DNA from: Acidimicrobiales bacterium | GTDB lineage: Bacteria > Actinomycetota > Acidimicrobiia > Acidimicrobiales > RAAP-2 | Assembly (NCBI GenBank): GCA_035483935.1 | Contig: DATHPK010000029.1 | Span: forward strand, 1 to 54,759 | DNA length: 54,759 nucleotides | Direction of reading: 5' to 3' | Shown here: one piece after another, positions 6,976 to 15,609 of the stretch | Position numbering within the stretch: the stretch's first letter is position 1 | How the letters are laid out: each line of letters begins with the position of its first letter | Notes under the pieces: model-generated | Database searches by the model: none | What the model was told of the DNA's origin: nothing | Seen by the model: only the letters and a program-made list of their open reading frames with translations | Program-made: the position numbers and the translations under genes

Positions 6976-9453
6976 ATGCAGCCCCTGCGCCAAGGCGAGG
7001 CGGAGAAGACGGGTGTGGAGGCTTCGGGCAACGGGTTCGGCGCCGAACCGGTGGCCGACCAGGCCGGGAGCCGGGCCTCGTGGCGCAGCCGAGCCCGCTC
7101 CCTGGTGCTCGGACCCCAGGGGGGCGGCACCAGCCGACGGCGGGCGTCCGACGTGGTCAGAATCGTCGTGGCGGTCGTCGTCATCGTGCTGTGCGTGCCG
7201 CTGGCACGGGCCAACACGTCGCCGGAGGTGCACGTCTCGGAGCTGCTGACACCGGCGCCGAACGGCGTGAAATGGTTGGTCACGACCTTGTGGTTCGTCG
7301 GCTCTCTCGGCGTGATCCTCGGCCTGGTGGTGATCGGACTGCTCGTCCCGAAGCTGGCCGCAGTGCGTCAGATGGCGCTGGCCGCAGTGACCGCACTGCT
7401 CGCTTGCCTGTTGATCGACGCCGCGTTGGGCGGCGCAGTGGGGCGGCCGCCCGTTCCTCAACTTTCGGGTTTCGACCCGCATTTCCCCGTGGTGCAGTTA
7501 GCCGTCGCGACGGCGGTGGCCCTGGCCGGCTTGCCCTATCTGAGCCGCCCGGTGCACCGACTTGTCGGCGCGGCCGTCTCGGTGGCTGCCCTCTGCGCCG
7601 TCGTCGGTGGCTACGGGCTCCCCCTCTGTGTCGTGGCGGCGATCGCCCTCGGTTGGGGTACGGCCGCCGCGTGCCACCTGGCGCTCGGCACCCCCAACGG
7701 GCTCCCCTCGGCGGCGGAGGTGGCCGCCGCGGTGCGCGACCTGCACGTCGAGGTGCGCGCTCTCGAGGCGGCCGACCAACAGGAGTGGGGAGTGGCGGCC
7801 TTTGCGGGGAGGGATGCCCTCGGCAGGCCCATCGAGCTGGCGGTGTACGGGAGGGACGCGGCCGACGCGCAGTGGCTGCGCAAGCTCTCGCGCTTCTGCA
7901 TCTACCGCGACTCCGGCCCGACCCTGATGTTCAACCGCTTACAGCAGGTGGAGCACGAGGCATACCTGACATTGCTCGCAGGGAACGCCGGTGTGCGCGT
8001 GCCCGAGGTCGTCGCGGCCGGGCGATGCGGACCCAGCCGCGACGCGGCCCTCGTGACCAGGTTGCCCGACGGCGAGCGGCTGGCCGGGTGCACGCCAGAG
8101 AATGTCAGTGACGAGGCGGCCGATGCCGTGCTGGATGCCGTCCTGCGCCTGCGCGCCGCTGACATCGCGCACAGCGCACTCAGCCCGCAGACCATCGTGA
8201 TGGGCACCGACGGGCCCGTGCTCCGCGACTTCCGAAGGGCATCCTCCTCCGCCCCACCGCTCCGCACCGACCGCGACGTCGCTGGCGTCTGCGCGGCGCT
8301 CGCCGCGGTGATCGGTATCGACCGGGCGGTCGCCGCGTCGTGCCGTGTGCTCGACGGCCACACGATCACATCGGTCCTCACGCTGCTCCAGCGATCGACC
8401 GTCGAGTCGGAGACGCAGCGCCTGGCGCGTTCGCAAAAGGCATTCATCCGGACCCTGCGTGAGGCGCTGGCGGCGAAGGCGGGCATCGAGGCGCCCAAGC
8501 TCGTAGAGCCGAAGCGGATCAGCTGGCCCAACTTCTTGATGTTGATCGGCAGCCTGGTCGGGCTGTGGCTCATCATCGGGGTGCTGACCGACGTATCGGG
8601 CTCGTTGAGCGTGATCCGGGGGGCGGCCTGGGGATGGGTCGCCGCCGCGTTCGTGCTGGGCCAGCTGCCGGTGGTCACGGGCGCCTGGGCTCTCACCGGC
8701 GCCGTCATCGGCACGCTGCCCTTCGGAAGATGTGTCGCCCTCGAGACCTCCAACCTCTTCACCTCGTTCGTGGGAGGTGACGCCGCCGTCTTCGGCGTGC
8801 GGGTGCGCTTCTTCCAGCGCCAGGGCCTCGACGTCCCCTCGGCCATCAGCTCGGGAGCCATCGCGGGCACGGCCAGCTGGATCGTGAAGGGAGCGCTCTT
8901 TCTCGTCTGCATCCCGTTCGCCGCCGGCGACTTCCACAAGCCGACCGACGAGGGCGCCAACTCGGGGATCGTGTGGATCTTGATCATCGTCGTGCTGGCC
9001 GTCGCGGTCCTGGCGGGGGTGATCGCACTCGTTCCCCGGATCCGTCGGCTCGTCACGGAGAAGGCGCGACCGCATGCCGTGACCATCTGGAAGGACGTCA
9101 AGGCGATCGCCGTCGAGCCGCGGAAGATCGCCTATGTGCTCTGCGGCTCGGCCGGCAGCCAGATCCTCATCGCACTCTGTCTCGGCGCGTCGCTGCATTC
9201 GGTCGGCGAGCACGCCAGCTTCGCGAGCCTCATCGTCGTCTTGACGCTCGCCTCCATGATCGGCGGCGCGGCCCCGGTGCCCGGCGGAGCGGGTGTCGTC
9301 GAGATCGGTCTGATCGCGGGCTTGACGAGCGTCGGGATCCCTCAGGATCAGGCAGTGGCCGCCGTGTTCATCGAGCGGCTGTGCACCGCGTACCTGCCGC
9401 CGATCTGGGGGTGGGCCACGCTCGTCTGGATGCGACGCAGCGATTACGTCTGA
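6976..9453 (+). CDS. Large integral membrane protein: N-terminal TM bundle, central kinase-like domain, C-terminal lysylphosphatidylglycerol-synthase-TM / flippase-like (UPF0104) domain
   Basis: Track ORF 6976..9453 (+), 825 aa. The central part has several hydrophobic helices followed by a soluble domain resembling RIO/LPS-kinase folds. The C-terminal 330 aa has multiple TM helices ending in GGAAPVPGGAGVVEIGL, typical of the LPG_synthase_TM family. Confidence 0.8.
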   Translation: MQPLRQGEAEKTGVEASGNGFGAEPVADQAGSRASWRSRARSLVLGPQGGGTSRRRASDVVRIVVAVVVIVLCVPLARANTSPEVHVSELLTPAPNGVKWLVTTLWFVGSLGVILGLVVIGLLVPKLAAVRQMALAAVTALLACLLIDAALGGAVGRPPVPQLSGFDPHFPVVQLAVATAVALAGLPYLSRPVHRLVGAAVSVAALCAVVGGYGLPLCVVAAIALGWGTAAACHLALGTPNGLPSAAEVAAAVRDLHVEVRALEAADQQEWGVAAFAGRDALGRPIELAVYGRDAADAQWLRKLSRFCIYRDSGPTLMFNRLQQVEHEAYLTLLAGNAGVRVPEVVAAGRCGPSRDAALVTRLPDGERLAGCTPENVSDEAADAVLDAVLRLRAADIAHSALSPQTIVMGTDGPVLRDFRRASSSAPPLRTDRDVAGVCAALAAVIGIDRAVAASCRVLDGHTITSVLTLLQRSTVESETQRLARSQKAFIRTLREALAAKAGIEAPKLVEPKRISWPNFLMLIGSLVGLWLIIGVLTDVSGSLSVIRGAAWGWVAAAFVLGQLPVVTGAWALTGAVIGTLPFGRCVALETSNLFTSFVGGDAAVFGVRVRFFQRQGLDVPSAISSGAIAGTASWIVKGALFLVCIPFAAGDFHKPTDEGANSGIVWILIIVVLAVAVLAGVIALVPRIRRLVTEKARPHAVTIWKDVKAIAVEPRKIAYVLCGSAGSQILIALCLGASLHSVGEHASFASLIVVLTLASMIGGAAPVPGGAGVVEIGLIAGLTSVGIPQDQAVAAVFIERLCTAYLPPIWGWATLVWMRRSDYV

Positions 9454-9833
9454 GCCGCCGCCGTTTCCTGCCACGCTCGCCACGCGCGGTACCCGCCGGC
9501 GAGGTCGGCCACCCGGGTGAAGCCCAACGCACGTAGCGAGGCCGCCGCCAGGCTCGAGGCGTAACCCTCGGAGCACGCGACGACGACAGGCTGGCCGTAT
9601 CCGTCCACATCAGCCAGTGCGTGATCGCCGCGCAGATCGAACCGCCACTCCAGCACGTTGCGCTCGACCACGATCGCATGGTCGAACTCGCCCTCCTCGG
9701 CTCTCTGCCGCTCGGGGCGGATGTCGATCAGGAGCGCCCCGGCCACGCGCCAGCAGCCGAGGTCCCTGGGGGACACCCGGTCGATGTCACGGCGCGCATC
9801 CGCCAGGAGTTGGTCGACGGACGTTGCGGTCAC
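9444..9833 (-). CDS. Rhodanese-like (sulfurtransferase) domain protein
   Basis: Track ORF 9444..9896 (-). LLIDIRPERQRAEEGEF and the active-site loop VVACSEGYASS are rhodanese-like. Start set at GTG 9833, which forms a GTGA overlap with the upstream stop (TGA 9832-9830). Confidence 0.8.
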   Translation of the reverse strand: MTATSVDQLLADARRDIDRVSPRDLGCWRVAGALLIDIRPERQRAEEGEFDHAIVVERNVLEWRFDLRGDHALADVDGYGQPVVVACSEGYASSLAAASLRALGFTRVADLAGGYRAWRAWQETAAAQT

Positions 9834-10405
9834 GGCGCGGCCGGCCTCAGCACCGATCGGGCCGACGGGTAGGGCGCTTCGCGCGACAGGTCCCACCGAT
9901 CCGGGCGTGGTATCAGCCGATCCCCGGAGCGGTCGTAGTAGGTCATCGAGGTCAGGGGCGGGCTGTACACGTGAAGGCTGAGCGCATGTTCGGCCGACTC
10001 GTTCCGCACATCATGGACGTGGCCGCCGCCGAACGCCAGGGTGACACCGGGCTGCACGTCCCTCCGCGCGAGGGTCACGCTGCCATCGTCATCACGCCAC
10101 GGAATGGTCTCGACCAGGGAGCCGCTGATCACGTGGAGCGCACCACGAGAGCTGCCGTGGTCGTGCAGTTCGGCGGTGGCTCCGCCCGGCCAGGCGATGA
10201 GCCACGCGTCGAAATCCCCGGTCCGGGCGATCAACCGCCAGGACCGGTCGCGTAAGGCGCCGGCACCGGGCCACTGGACGGCCGCGCCGAGACGCCGCGC
10301 GACCGCGGCCGGATCGACGTGCCGCCGCGCCGGTGTGGCTCGATCGACGTCGCGACCGGGTCGCCGCGGCTCGTCACCCGAAGGAAAACGGCCCATTCCG
10401 TGCAT
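9830..10405 (-). CDS. Cysteine dioxygenase type I family cupin (thiol dioxygenase)
   Basis: Track ORF 9830..10405 (-). WPGGATAELHDHGSSRGALHVISGSLVE and GGGHVHDVRN match the CDO 3-His cupin motifs. Confidence 0.8.
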   Translation of the reverse strand: MHGMGRFPSGDEPRRPGRDVDRATPARRHVDPAAVARRLGAAVQWPGAGALRDRSWRLIARTGDFDAWLIAWPGGATAELHDHGSSRGALHVISGSLVETIPWRDDDGSVTLARRDVQPGVTLAFGGGHVHDVRNESAEHALSLHVYSPPLTSMTYYDRSGDRLIPRPDRWDLSREAPYPSARSVLRPAAP

Positions 10406-10608
10406 CCCGAGAACCGTAGCGACTAAATACTAGTAAGTCAATCGGATTTCAGGGTTTTATCTCCGGTCCAACCCCAGATGCGGCGTTGCAGCGGCCGATG
10501 CGGCGTGTCCGCAACGACGGAGGAATTCATTTTTCGGTCACCGAGTGATCGACGGCATTTCAAAGGAGTCCTCTACCGTCCAACGCGATCACTGACTGGA
10601 GGTCCCCC

Positions 10609-11799
10609 ATGCCCCGCATCAGCTTTCGATCCGTCGGCGTCGTTTGCGCCTCCGGATTGGGCGCGCTCGCCGTTGCCGTGGTCCCGGCCGTCACGCCCGC
10701 CGGCGGCGATCAGCCCACCCCCCAGCCGTCCCTGACCGCGCTGACGATCCTTTCGGGGATGACGCTCTCGCACACGTACACGGTCAGCGGAACGACGAAC
10801 AGTACGGCCAGTGAGCCGCTGACCAAGCCGGACGACATCACCAAGCTCGGAGGACTTCTTTTTGTCGGCTTCCAAAACGGCGTCGGCCCCCAGGGCGAGC
10901 CGAGCTCTGACGGCAACACGGACAGCACGATCGTCGCCCTGGACAGATTCGGCCAGGCGCTGGCGCAGTGGGACGTCCAGGGCAAGGTGGACGGGTTGAC
11001 CGCCGACCGCGCGATCGGCGGCTTGATCGCCACCGTCAACGAAGACGCGAACAGCTCGCTCTACACGATCACCCCGGGGGCACACGGTGCCGCCGACGTC
11101 CAGCACTACACCTACAACGAGCCGCTGCCCCACAACGGTGGGACCGACGCCATCTCCATCCTCAGGGACCAGATTCTCATCAGCGCGTCGGCGCCCGGCA
11201 CGATCGGTACGACCCCCGCGCCGAACGCGAGCTTTCCCGCCGTCTATTCCGTGACCCTCGATCCCTCGACCTCTGTCGCTACCGTGTCGCCCCTCTTCTA
11301 CGACGAGGACACCGCCACCGTGGCCAACGTCGGCCCCCAGGAGGGGCAGACGACGGCGTTGGCGTTGACCGACCCCGACTCGAGCGAGATCGTGCCCAAC
11401 GGGGCTCCCCGCTTCGCTCATGACTTCATGCTCGACAGCCAGGGTGACCAACAGCAGATCTTCGTCGGCAAGGGTGAGAGGTCAAAGTCGCTCTCGGTGC
11501 TGTCGCTCTCCCAGTCGGTGGACGACACCGCGTGGGCCATCCGCCCCGGGGTCCTCTACGGCACGGACTCGACCAACGATGCCGTCGTCGCACTCCGCGG
11601 CACGTTCGGATCGAACCCGATCGTGGCGGTGACGCCGTGCGGGGCGAACAGCGCGCCGACCACCTGCCCGTCGCTGCCCGCCAACTACCTGGGGTCGCTC
11701 GACCCGTGGACCGGCGCGATCACCCCGGTGCCGGTCAGCGGGGCCGACTTCGTGCCTCAGGGCGGCCTCGTGTTCGTGCCGTTCCGGCACCAGCGGTAG
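10609..11799 (+). CDS. Secreted hypothetical protein (no family recognised)
   Basis: Track ORF 10609..11799 (+), 396 aa. Signal peptide MPRISFRSVGVVCASGLGALAVAVVPAVTPAGG. High GC3. GGAGG lies 6 nt upstream of the ATG. I recognise no catalytic motif. Confidence 0.7.
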   Translation: MPRISFRSVGVVCASGLGALAVAVVPAVTPAGGDQPTPQPSLTALTILSGMTLSHTYTVSGTTNSTASEPLTKPDDITKLGGLLFVGFQNGVGPQGEPSSDGNTDSTIVALDRFGQALAQWDVQGKVDGLTADRAIGGLIATVNEDANSSLYTITPGAHGAADVQHYTYNEPLPHNGGTDAISILRDQILISASAPGTIGTTPAPNASFPAVYSVTLDPSTSVATVSPLFYDEDTATVANVGPQEGQTTALALTDPDSSEIVPNGAPRFAHDFMLDSQGDQQQIFVGKGERSKSLSVLSLSQSVDDTAWAIRPGVLYGTDSTNDAVVALRGTFGSNPIVAVTPCGANSAPTTCPSLPANYLGSLDPWTGAITPVPVSGADFVPQGGLVFVPFRHQR

Positions 11800-12056
11800 A
11801 CAACTCGGAAACATGGGTTGGCCACCTGTCCGGAGCCCGCGAGGTCCACCGCACAGGTCCCACCCGCCCCTCCGATCCACGGCGAGGTGACAGATCACCG
11901 CGGTGGAACGCATTGTCGTAGCCGCGCGGTTGTCATGCACTTGTGTTGCGGAAGTTGTAACGTCCGACTCGATGCCGGGGGGCTGGTAGGCATGCCCGAT
12001 CGTCGGTCGCGCACGGGGCGAATAGGTACCACCTCCGTGCCCGGATAGGCCGACAC

Positions 12057-12920
12057 GTGGGCCAGGTCCTCGAGGTCCCCGAAAATTCCGTCGTCAAGGA
12101 CGCCAGCACGCCCGGAAGCGGCCTGCTCCTCGAGGTCCACGAGGTCACCATCGGCTTCGGGGGCGTTCTCGCGCTCGACGAAGTCTCGATGTCGATCGGG
12201 TCGGGCGAGGTCGTCGGGGTCATAGGCCCGAACGGCGCCGGCAAGACGACCCTCTTCAACGTGATCTGCGGCTTCGTCCACCCGAGCTCTGGCCGCATCG
12301 CCTACCGCGGCCACGACCTCCACCGGCACCACCCCCACGACCTCGCCAAGCTCGGCATCGCCCGCACACTCCAAGGGGTCGGGCTGTGCGCGGGGCTGAC
12401 GGTGCTCGAGAACGTCATGTTGGGCGCGCAGCCCGCGCTGCGCAGCGACCCGGCCTCCTCGTTCCTCGGACTCTGGCGTTCGAGCCGCGAGGAACGGCAG
12501 ACCGCGGCACGGGCGATGGAGGTCCTCGACGACCTCGGCGTCGCCACCTCCGCCCACCGGCTGCCGCCGGCCTTGCCGTATGCCGTACAGAAGCAAACGG
12601 CTCTGGCGCGGGCGCTGATGGCAGAGCCGCGCTTGTTGCTGCTCGACGAACCGGCCAGCGGCCTGTCCGAGGCAGAGATGGCCTCGATCGGCTCGAGGAT
12701 ACGCAGCCTCACGACGACCATGTCGGTGCTGCTCGTGGAGCACCACATGGACCTCGTCATGTCCGTGTGCGACCGGATCGTCGTCTTGAACTTCGGGCGG
12801 GTGATCGCCCACGGCACTCCCGACGCCATTCGCGCCGACCCCGAAGTGGCCACCGCCTACCTCGGAGACGAAGTCGAGGCGGCGAGATCGTCCACGGACC
12901 GTGCCGGACACCATGCTTGA
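12057..12920 (+). CDS. ABC transporter ATP-binding protein, branched-chain amino acid (LivG-like) type
   Basis: Track ORF 12057..12920 (+). Walker A GPNGAGKTTLFN, Walker B LLLLDEPASGL, and the LivG-type C-terminus DPEVATAYLG. Confidence 0.9.
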   Translation: MGQVLEVPENSVVKDASTPGSGLLLEVHEVTIGFGGVLALDEVSMSIGSGEVVGVIGPNGAGKTTLFNVICGFVHPSSGRIAYRGHDLHRHHPHDLAKLGIARTLQGVGLCAGLTVLENVMLGAQPALRSDPASSFLGLWRSSREERQTAARAMEVLDDLGVATSAHRLPPALPYAVQKQTALARALMAEPRLLLLDEPASGLSEAEMASIGSRIRSLTTTMSVLLVEHHMDLVMSVCDRIVVLNFGRVIAHGTPDAIRADPEVATAYLGDEVEAARSSTDRAGHHA

Positions 12921-13620
12921 AGTCCACGAGCTCTCGGTGTCGTTCGGGGCCGTGCGCGCACTGCGTTCCGTGTCATTCGACGCGGAACCCGGAGCGATTA
13001 CCGCGGTCCTCGGCGCGAACGGCGCGGGCAAGACCACGCTGTTGCGCACCATTTCCGGCTTGGTGAAGCCCCTGTCGGGATCGGTGTCCTTCGACGGAGG
13101 TGACCTTGTCGGCCGCTCCGTCGAATCGATCGCACGGATGGGAGTGGCGCACGTACCCGAAGGGCGCGGGGTGATCGAAGAGCTCACGGTCGAGGAAAAC
13201 CTGCGCCTCGCCACGTTGTGGTGTCTGAAGCGAAGCGAACGCCATGCAGCCATAGAGGAGATCCTCGAGTTGTTCCCTCGCCTGCAGGGCTTCCGGCGGC
13301 GCCACGCATCGACGCTTTCGGGCGGGGAGCGCCAGATGCTGGTGCTCGGCCGCGCGCTGATCTCCAAGCCGCGGCTCCTGCTGCTCGACGAGCCGAGCTT
13401 GGGACTGGCACCCCTGATCACCGCCCAACTGATGGCCATGCTGCACGAACAGACCGAGGGCAAAGACCTCACGGTCGTCCTGGTCGAACAGAACGCGCGC
13501 AGCGCGCTTTCGGTCTCGCATCACGCCGTCATCCTCAACCTCGGCCAGATCGTCGTATCGGACAACGCTGCGAAGGTGTCGGCAGACGACGCGTTGCGGC
13601 ATCACTATCTCGGCTTCTGA
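12913..13620 (+). CDS. ABC transporter ATP-binding protein, LivF-like type
   Basis: Track ORF 12901..13620 (+). Walker A GANGAGKTTLL, signature LSGGERQML, Walker B LLLLDEPSLGL. ATG 12913 (MLEVHELSV) is preferred over GTG 12901. Confidence 0.9.
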   Translation: MLEVHELSVSFGAVRALRSVSFDAEPGAITAVLGANGAGKTTLLRTISGLVKPLSGSVSFDGGDLVGRSVESIARMGVAHVPEGRGVIEELTVEENLRLATLWCLKRSERHAAIEEILELFPRLQGFRRRHASTLSGGERQMLVLGRALISKPRLLLLDEPSLGLAPLITAQLMAMLHEQTEGKDLTVVLVEQNARSALSVSHHAVILNLGQIVVSDNAAKVSADDALRHHYLGF

Positions 13621-13624
13621 CTCG

Positions 13625-14503
13625 ATGACCCTCTTCTTGGACTACTCGCTCGACGGTCTCGCCAACGGGATGATCTATGCCACCTTGGCGCTTGCGCTCG
13701 TGTTGATCTTCCGGGCCACGCGCATCATCAACTTCGCGCAGGGCGCGGCGGGCATGTTGACCACGTTCATCGCCTTCAGCCTCATCTCGGGGGGCTGGGG
13801 CTACTGGTGGGCCTTCCTCGTGGTCCTGCTGATCGGATTCGCCATCGGTGCCGCCACCCAGCGCGTCCTGATCCGGCCCTTGGCAGGAAAGTCAGAACTG
13901 AACCCTGTCATCGTGACTATCGGCCTGTTCGTCGTCTACGAAGGCCTCGCCGGTGCGATCTACGGCAATGCGAGCCGCGGGTTCCCCGCCGCCTACTCCC
14001 AGCGCGGACTGCATATCGGCCGCACGGCCGTCGCGTTCTCGTATTTCGACCTCTTCATCCTGATCGCCGTCCTCGTCCTCATGGCGGCGACATTCGTGCT
14101 GTTCCGCTTCACCGCACTCGGGCTGCGGATGCGGGCCTCGGCCTTTTCACGTGAGATCGCTCGTTTGCTCGGCGTGCGCGTCGGGCTGCTGCTGACGCTC
14201 GGCTGGGGACTGGCGGGGTTCGCCGGGTCGCTGGCTGGACTTCTCGCGGCGCCGACGAGCTCGTTCGGCCCTTATTACATGGACCTGATCTTCATCTACT
14301 CGTTCACGGCTGCCGTGATCGGCGGACTCGAGAGCCCCATTGGTGCGTTGATCGGCGGTCTGATCGCGGGTCTGTGTATCTCCTACGTCGGCGGGTATCT
14401 GGGGTCGGGGCTCGAGCCGCTCGGCGCGCTCGCCCTCCTCACGGTGGCGCTGATGTCACGTCCGGAGGGGATCTTCGCCCGGCCCCCGGCAAGGCGGGTC
14501 TGA
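13625..14503 (+). CDS. Branched-chain amino acid ABC transporter permease (LivH-like)
   Basis: Track ORF 13625..14503 (+), 292 aa. Polytopic, with a typical N-terminus LDGLANGMIYATLALALVLIF and INFAQG. Confidence 0.9.
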   Translation: MTLFLDYSLDGLANGMIYATLALALVLIFRATRIINFAQGAAGMLTTFIAFSLISGGWGYWWAFLVVLLIGFAIGAATQRVLIRPLAGKSELNPVIVTIGLFVVYEGLAGAIYGNASRGFPAAYSQRGLHIGRTAVAFSYFDLFILIAVLVLMAATFVLFRFTALGLRMRASAFSREIARLLGVRVGLLLTLGWGLAGFAGSLAGLLAAPTSSFGPYYMDLIFIYSFTAAVIGGLESPIGALIGGLIAGLCISYVGGYLGSGLEPLGALALLTVALMSRPEGIFARPPARRV

Positions 14504-14504
14504 G

Positions 14505-15566
14505 GTGGGCGCGGCCGCCTTCACCAAATTCGTCCGACTGACGCGCCAGCCCATGCTGCGCCACCTCCTCGTGGCGGTGGCAGCGGGGGCGATCCTCTAC
14601 TTCCTGACCGGGCGGCTCAGTCAGTACAACGACTACCAGGTGGGCGAGATCGCGTCGTACGTCGTGGTGCTGGCGGGGTTGAGCCTTCTGACCGGCGCCA
14701 ACGGCCAGTTCTCGCTCGGCCACGGCGGCTTCATGGCCGTCGGCGCCTACACGCTGGGGCTGTTCATGACCCACACCGGGACCAACTTCGTCCTCGAGCT
14801 GGCGGCGGCGGCGGGTGTGGCCGCGGTGGCCGGAGTGGTGATCGGCCTGCCGGCGACCAGGCTGAAGGGCCCCTACCTGGCCGGCATGACGCTGCTGTTC
14901 GCATTGTCGATCCCGGGCATCGCGGACAAGTGGCCCGCCACGTTCGGTGGCGACCAGGGGCTCACCGTGAGCGCGCCGACCGCGCCGGGAACGCTGAGCC
15001 AGGAGGAATGGCTGGCCTGGATCCAGATTCTGTGCGCGCTGATCGTTTTCGTCCTGTTGGCCAACCTGCTGTGGAGCCGTTACGGGCGTACGTTCCGCGC
15101 GGTGCGCGACGACGAGATCGCGGCGTCACTGGCAGGGATCCACGTGGCGCGCACAAAGGTGCTGGCATTCGCCATCAGCGCGGCGTGTGCCGGACTCGGG
15201 GGCGCACTGCTGGTGCTCTCGACCGGGATCGTCAACACCGGCGAGTTCCCGCTCTCCCTGTCGATCCAGTTGCTGGCCGCGATGGTGCTCGGCGGCACCG
15301 GGACGCTGTTCGGCATGGTGTGGGGCGGGATCCTCTTGGTGTACCTGCCGCAGTGGTCCACGTCGCTGTCGTCGGACTTCAGCCTCGGCACCGGGGCGAA
15401 CGCGTATCTCGCCACCATCATCTTCGGGCTGGTGCTCATCGTGGCCATGCTTGCGGCGCCCAACGGGATCCAGGGTGGGCTGCGTTGGCTGTGGGCGCAC
15501 CGCCCGCGCCCGGGGCAGGGCGACCACGGGGCGCCCGCCCCGATCACGGTGTCGGCAAGTGACTGA
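14505..15566 (+). CDS. Branched-chain amino acid ABC transporter permease (LivM-like)
   Basis: Track ORF 14505..15566 (+), 353 aa. GQFSLGHGGFMAVGAY and RAVRDDEIAA are LivM hallmarks. Confidence 0.9.
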   Translation: MGAAAFTKFVRLTRQPMLRHLLVAVAAGAILYFLTGRLSQYNDYQVGEIASYVVVLAGLSLLTGANGQFSLGHGGFMAVGAYTLGLFMTHTGTNFVLELAAAAGVAAVAGVVIGLPATRLKGPYLAGMTLLFALSIPGIADKWPATFGGDQGLTVSAPTAPGTLSQEEWLAWIQILCALIVFVLLANLLWSRYGRTFRAVRDDEIAASLAGIHVARTKVLAFAISAACAGLGGALLVLSTGIVNTGEFPLSLSIQLLAAMVLGGTGTLFGMVWGGILLVYLPQWSTSLSSDFSLGTGANAYLATIIFGLVLIVAMLAAPNGIQGGLRWLWAHRPRPGQGDHGAPAPITVSASD

Positions 15567-15609
15567 TGCAATGCGCAAACAAAGAAGAAACCAAAGAAAG
15601 GGAGGCGTC

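Noticed and set aside
7939-9576. 545-aa minus-strand ORF opposite the 825-aa membrane protein gene (also 7902..9101)
   Set aside because: Antisense shadow. The translation is dominated by Arg/Asp/Gly/His runs, whereas the + strand frame gives coherent TM helices and a conserved family C-terminus.
11800-12056. Possible riboswitch or small RNA in the 257-nt region upstream of the first ABC operon
   Set aside because: It has only short hairpins (for example GCACGG-N18-CCGTGC, CACCGCGGTG) and no pattern I can match to a known riboswitch class. There is no tRNA-like structure. I left it unannotated.
11895-13472. 525-aa minus-strand ORF across the first two ABC ATPase genes
   Set aside because: Antisense to genes with intact Walker A/B and signature motifs. 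No recognisable domain.
15571-15609. Alternative upstream ATG (MRKQRRNQRKGGV...) for the substrate-binding protein
   Set aside because: These 13 codons are A-rich with A-ending codons (AAA CAA AGA AGA AAC CAA AGA AAG), unlike every real gene here. The stretch is better read as the purine-rich RBS region for ATG 15610.
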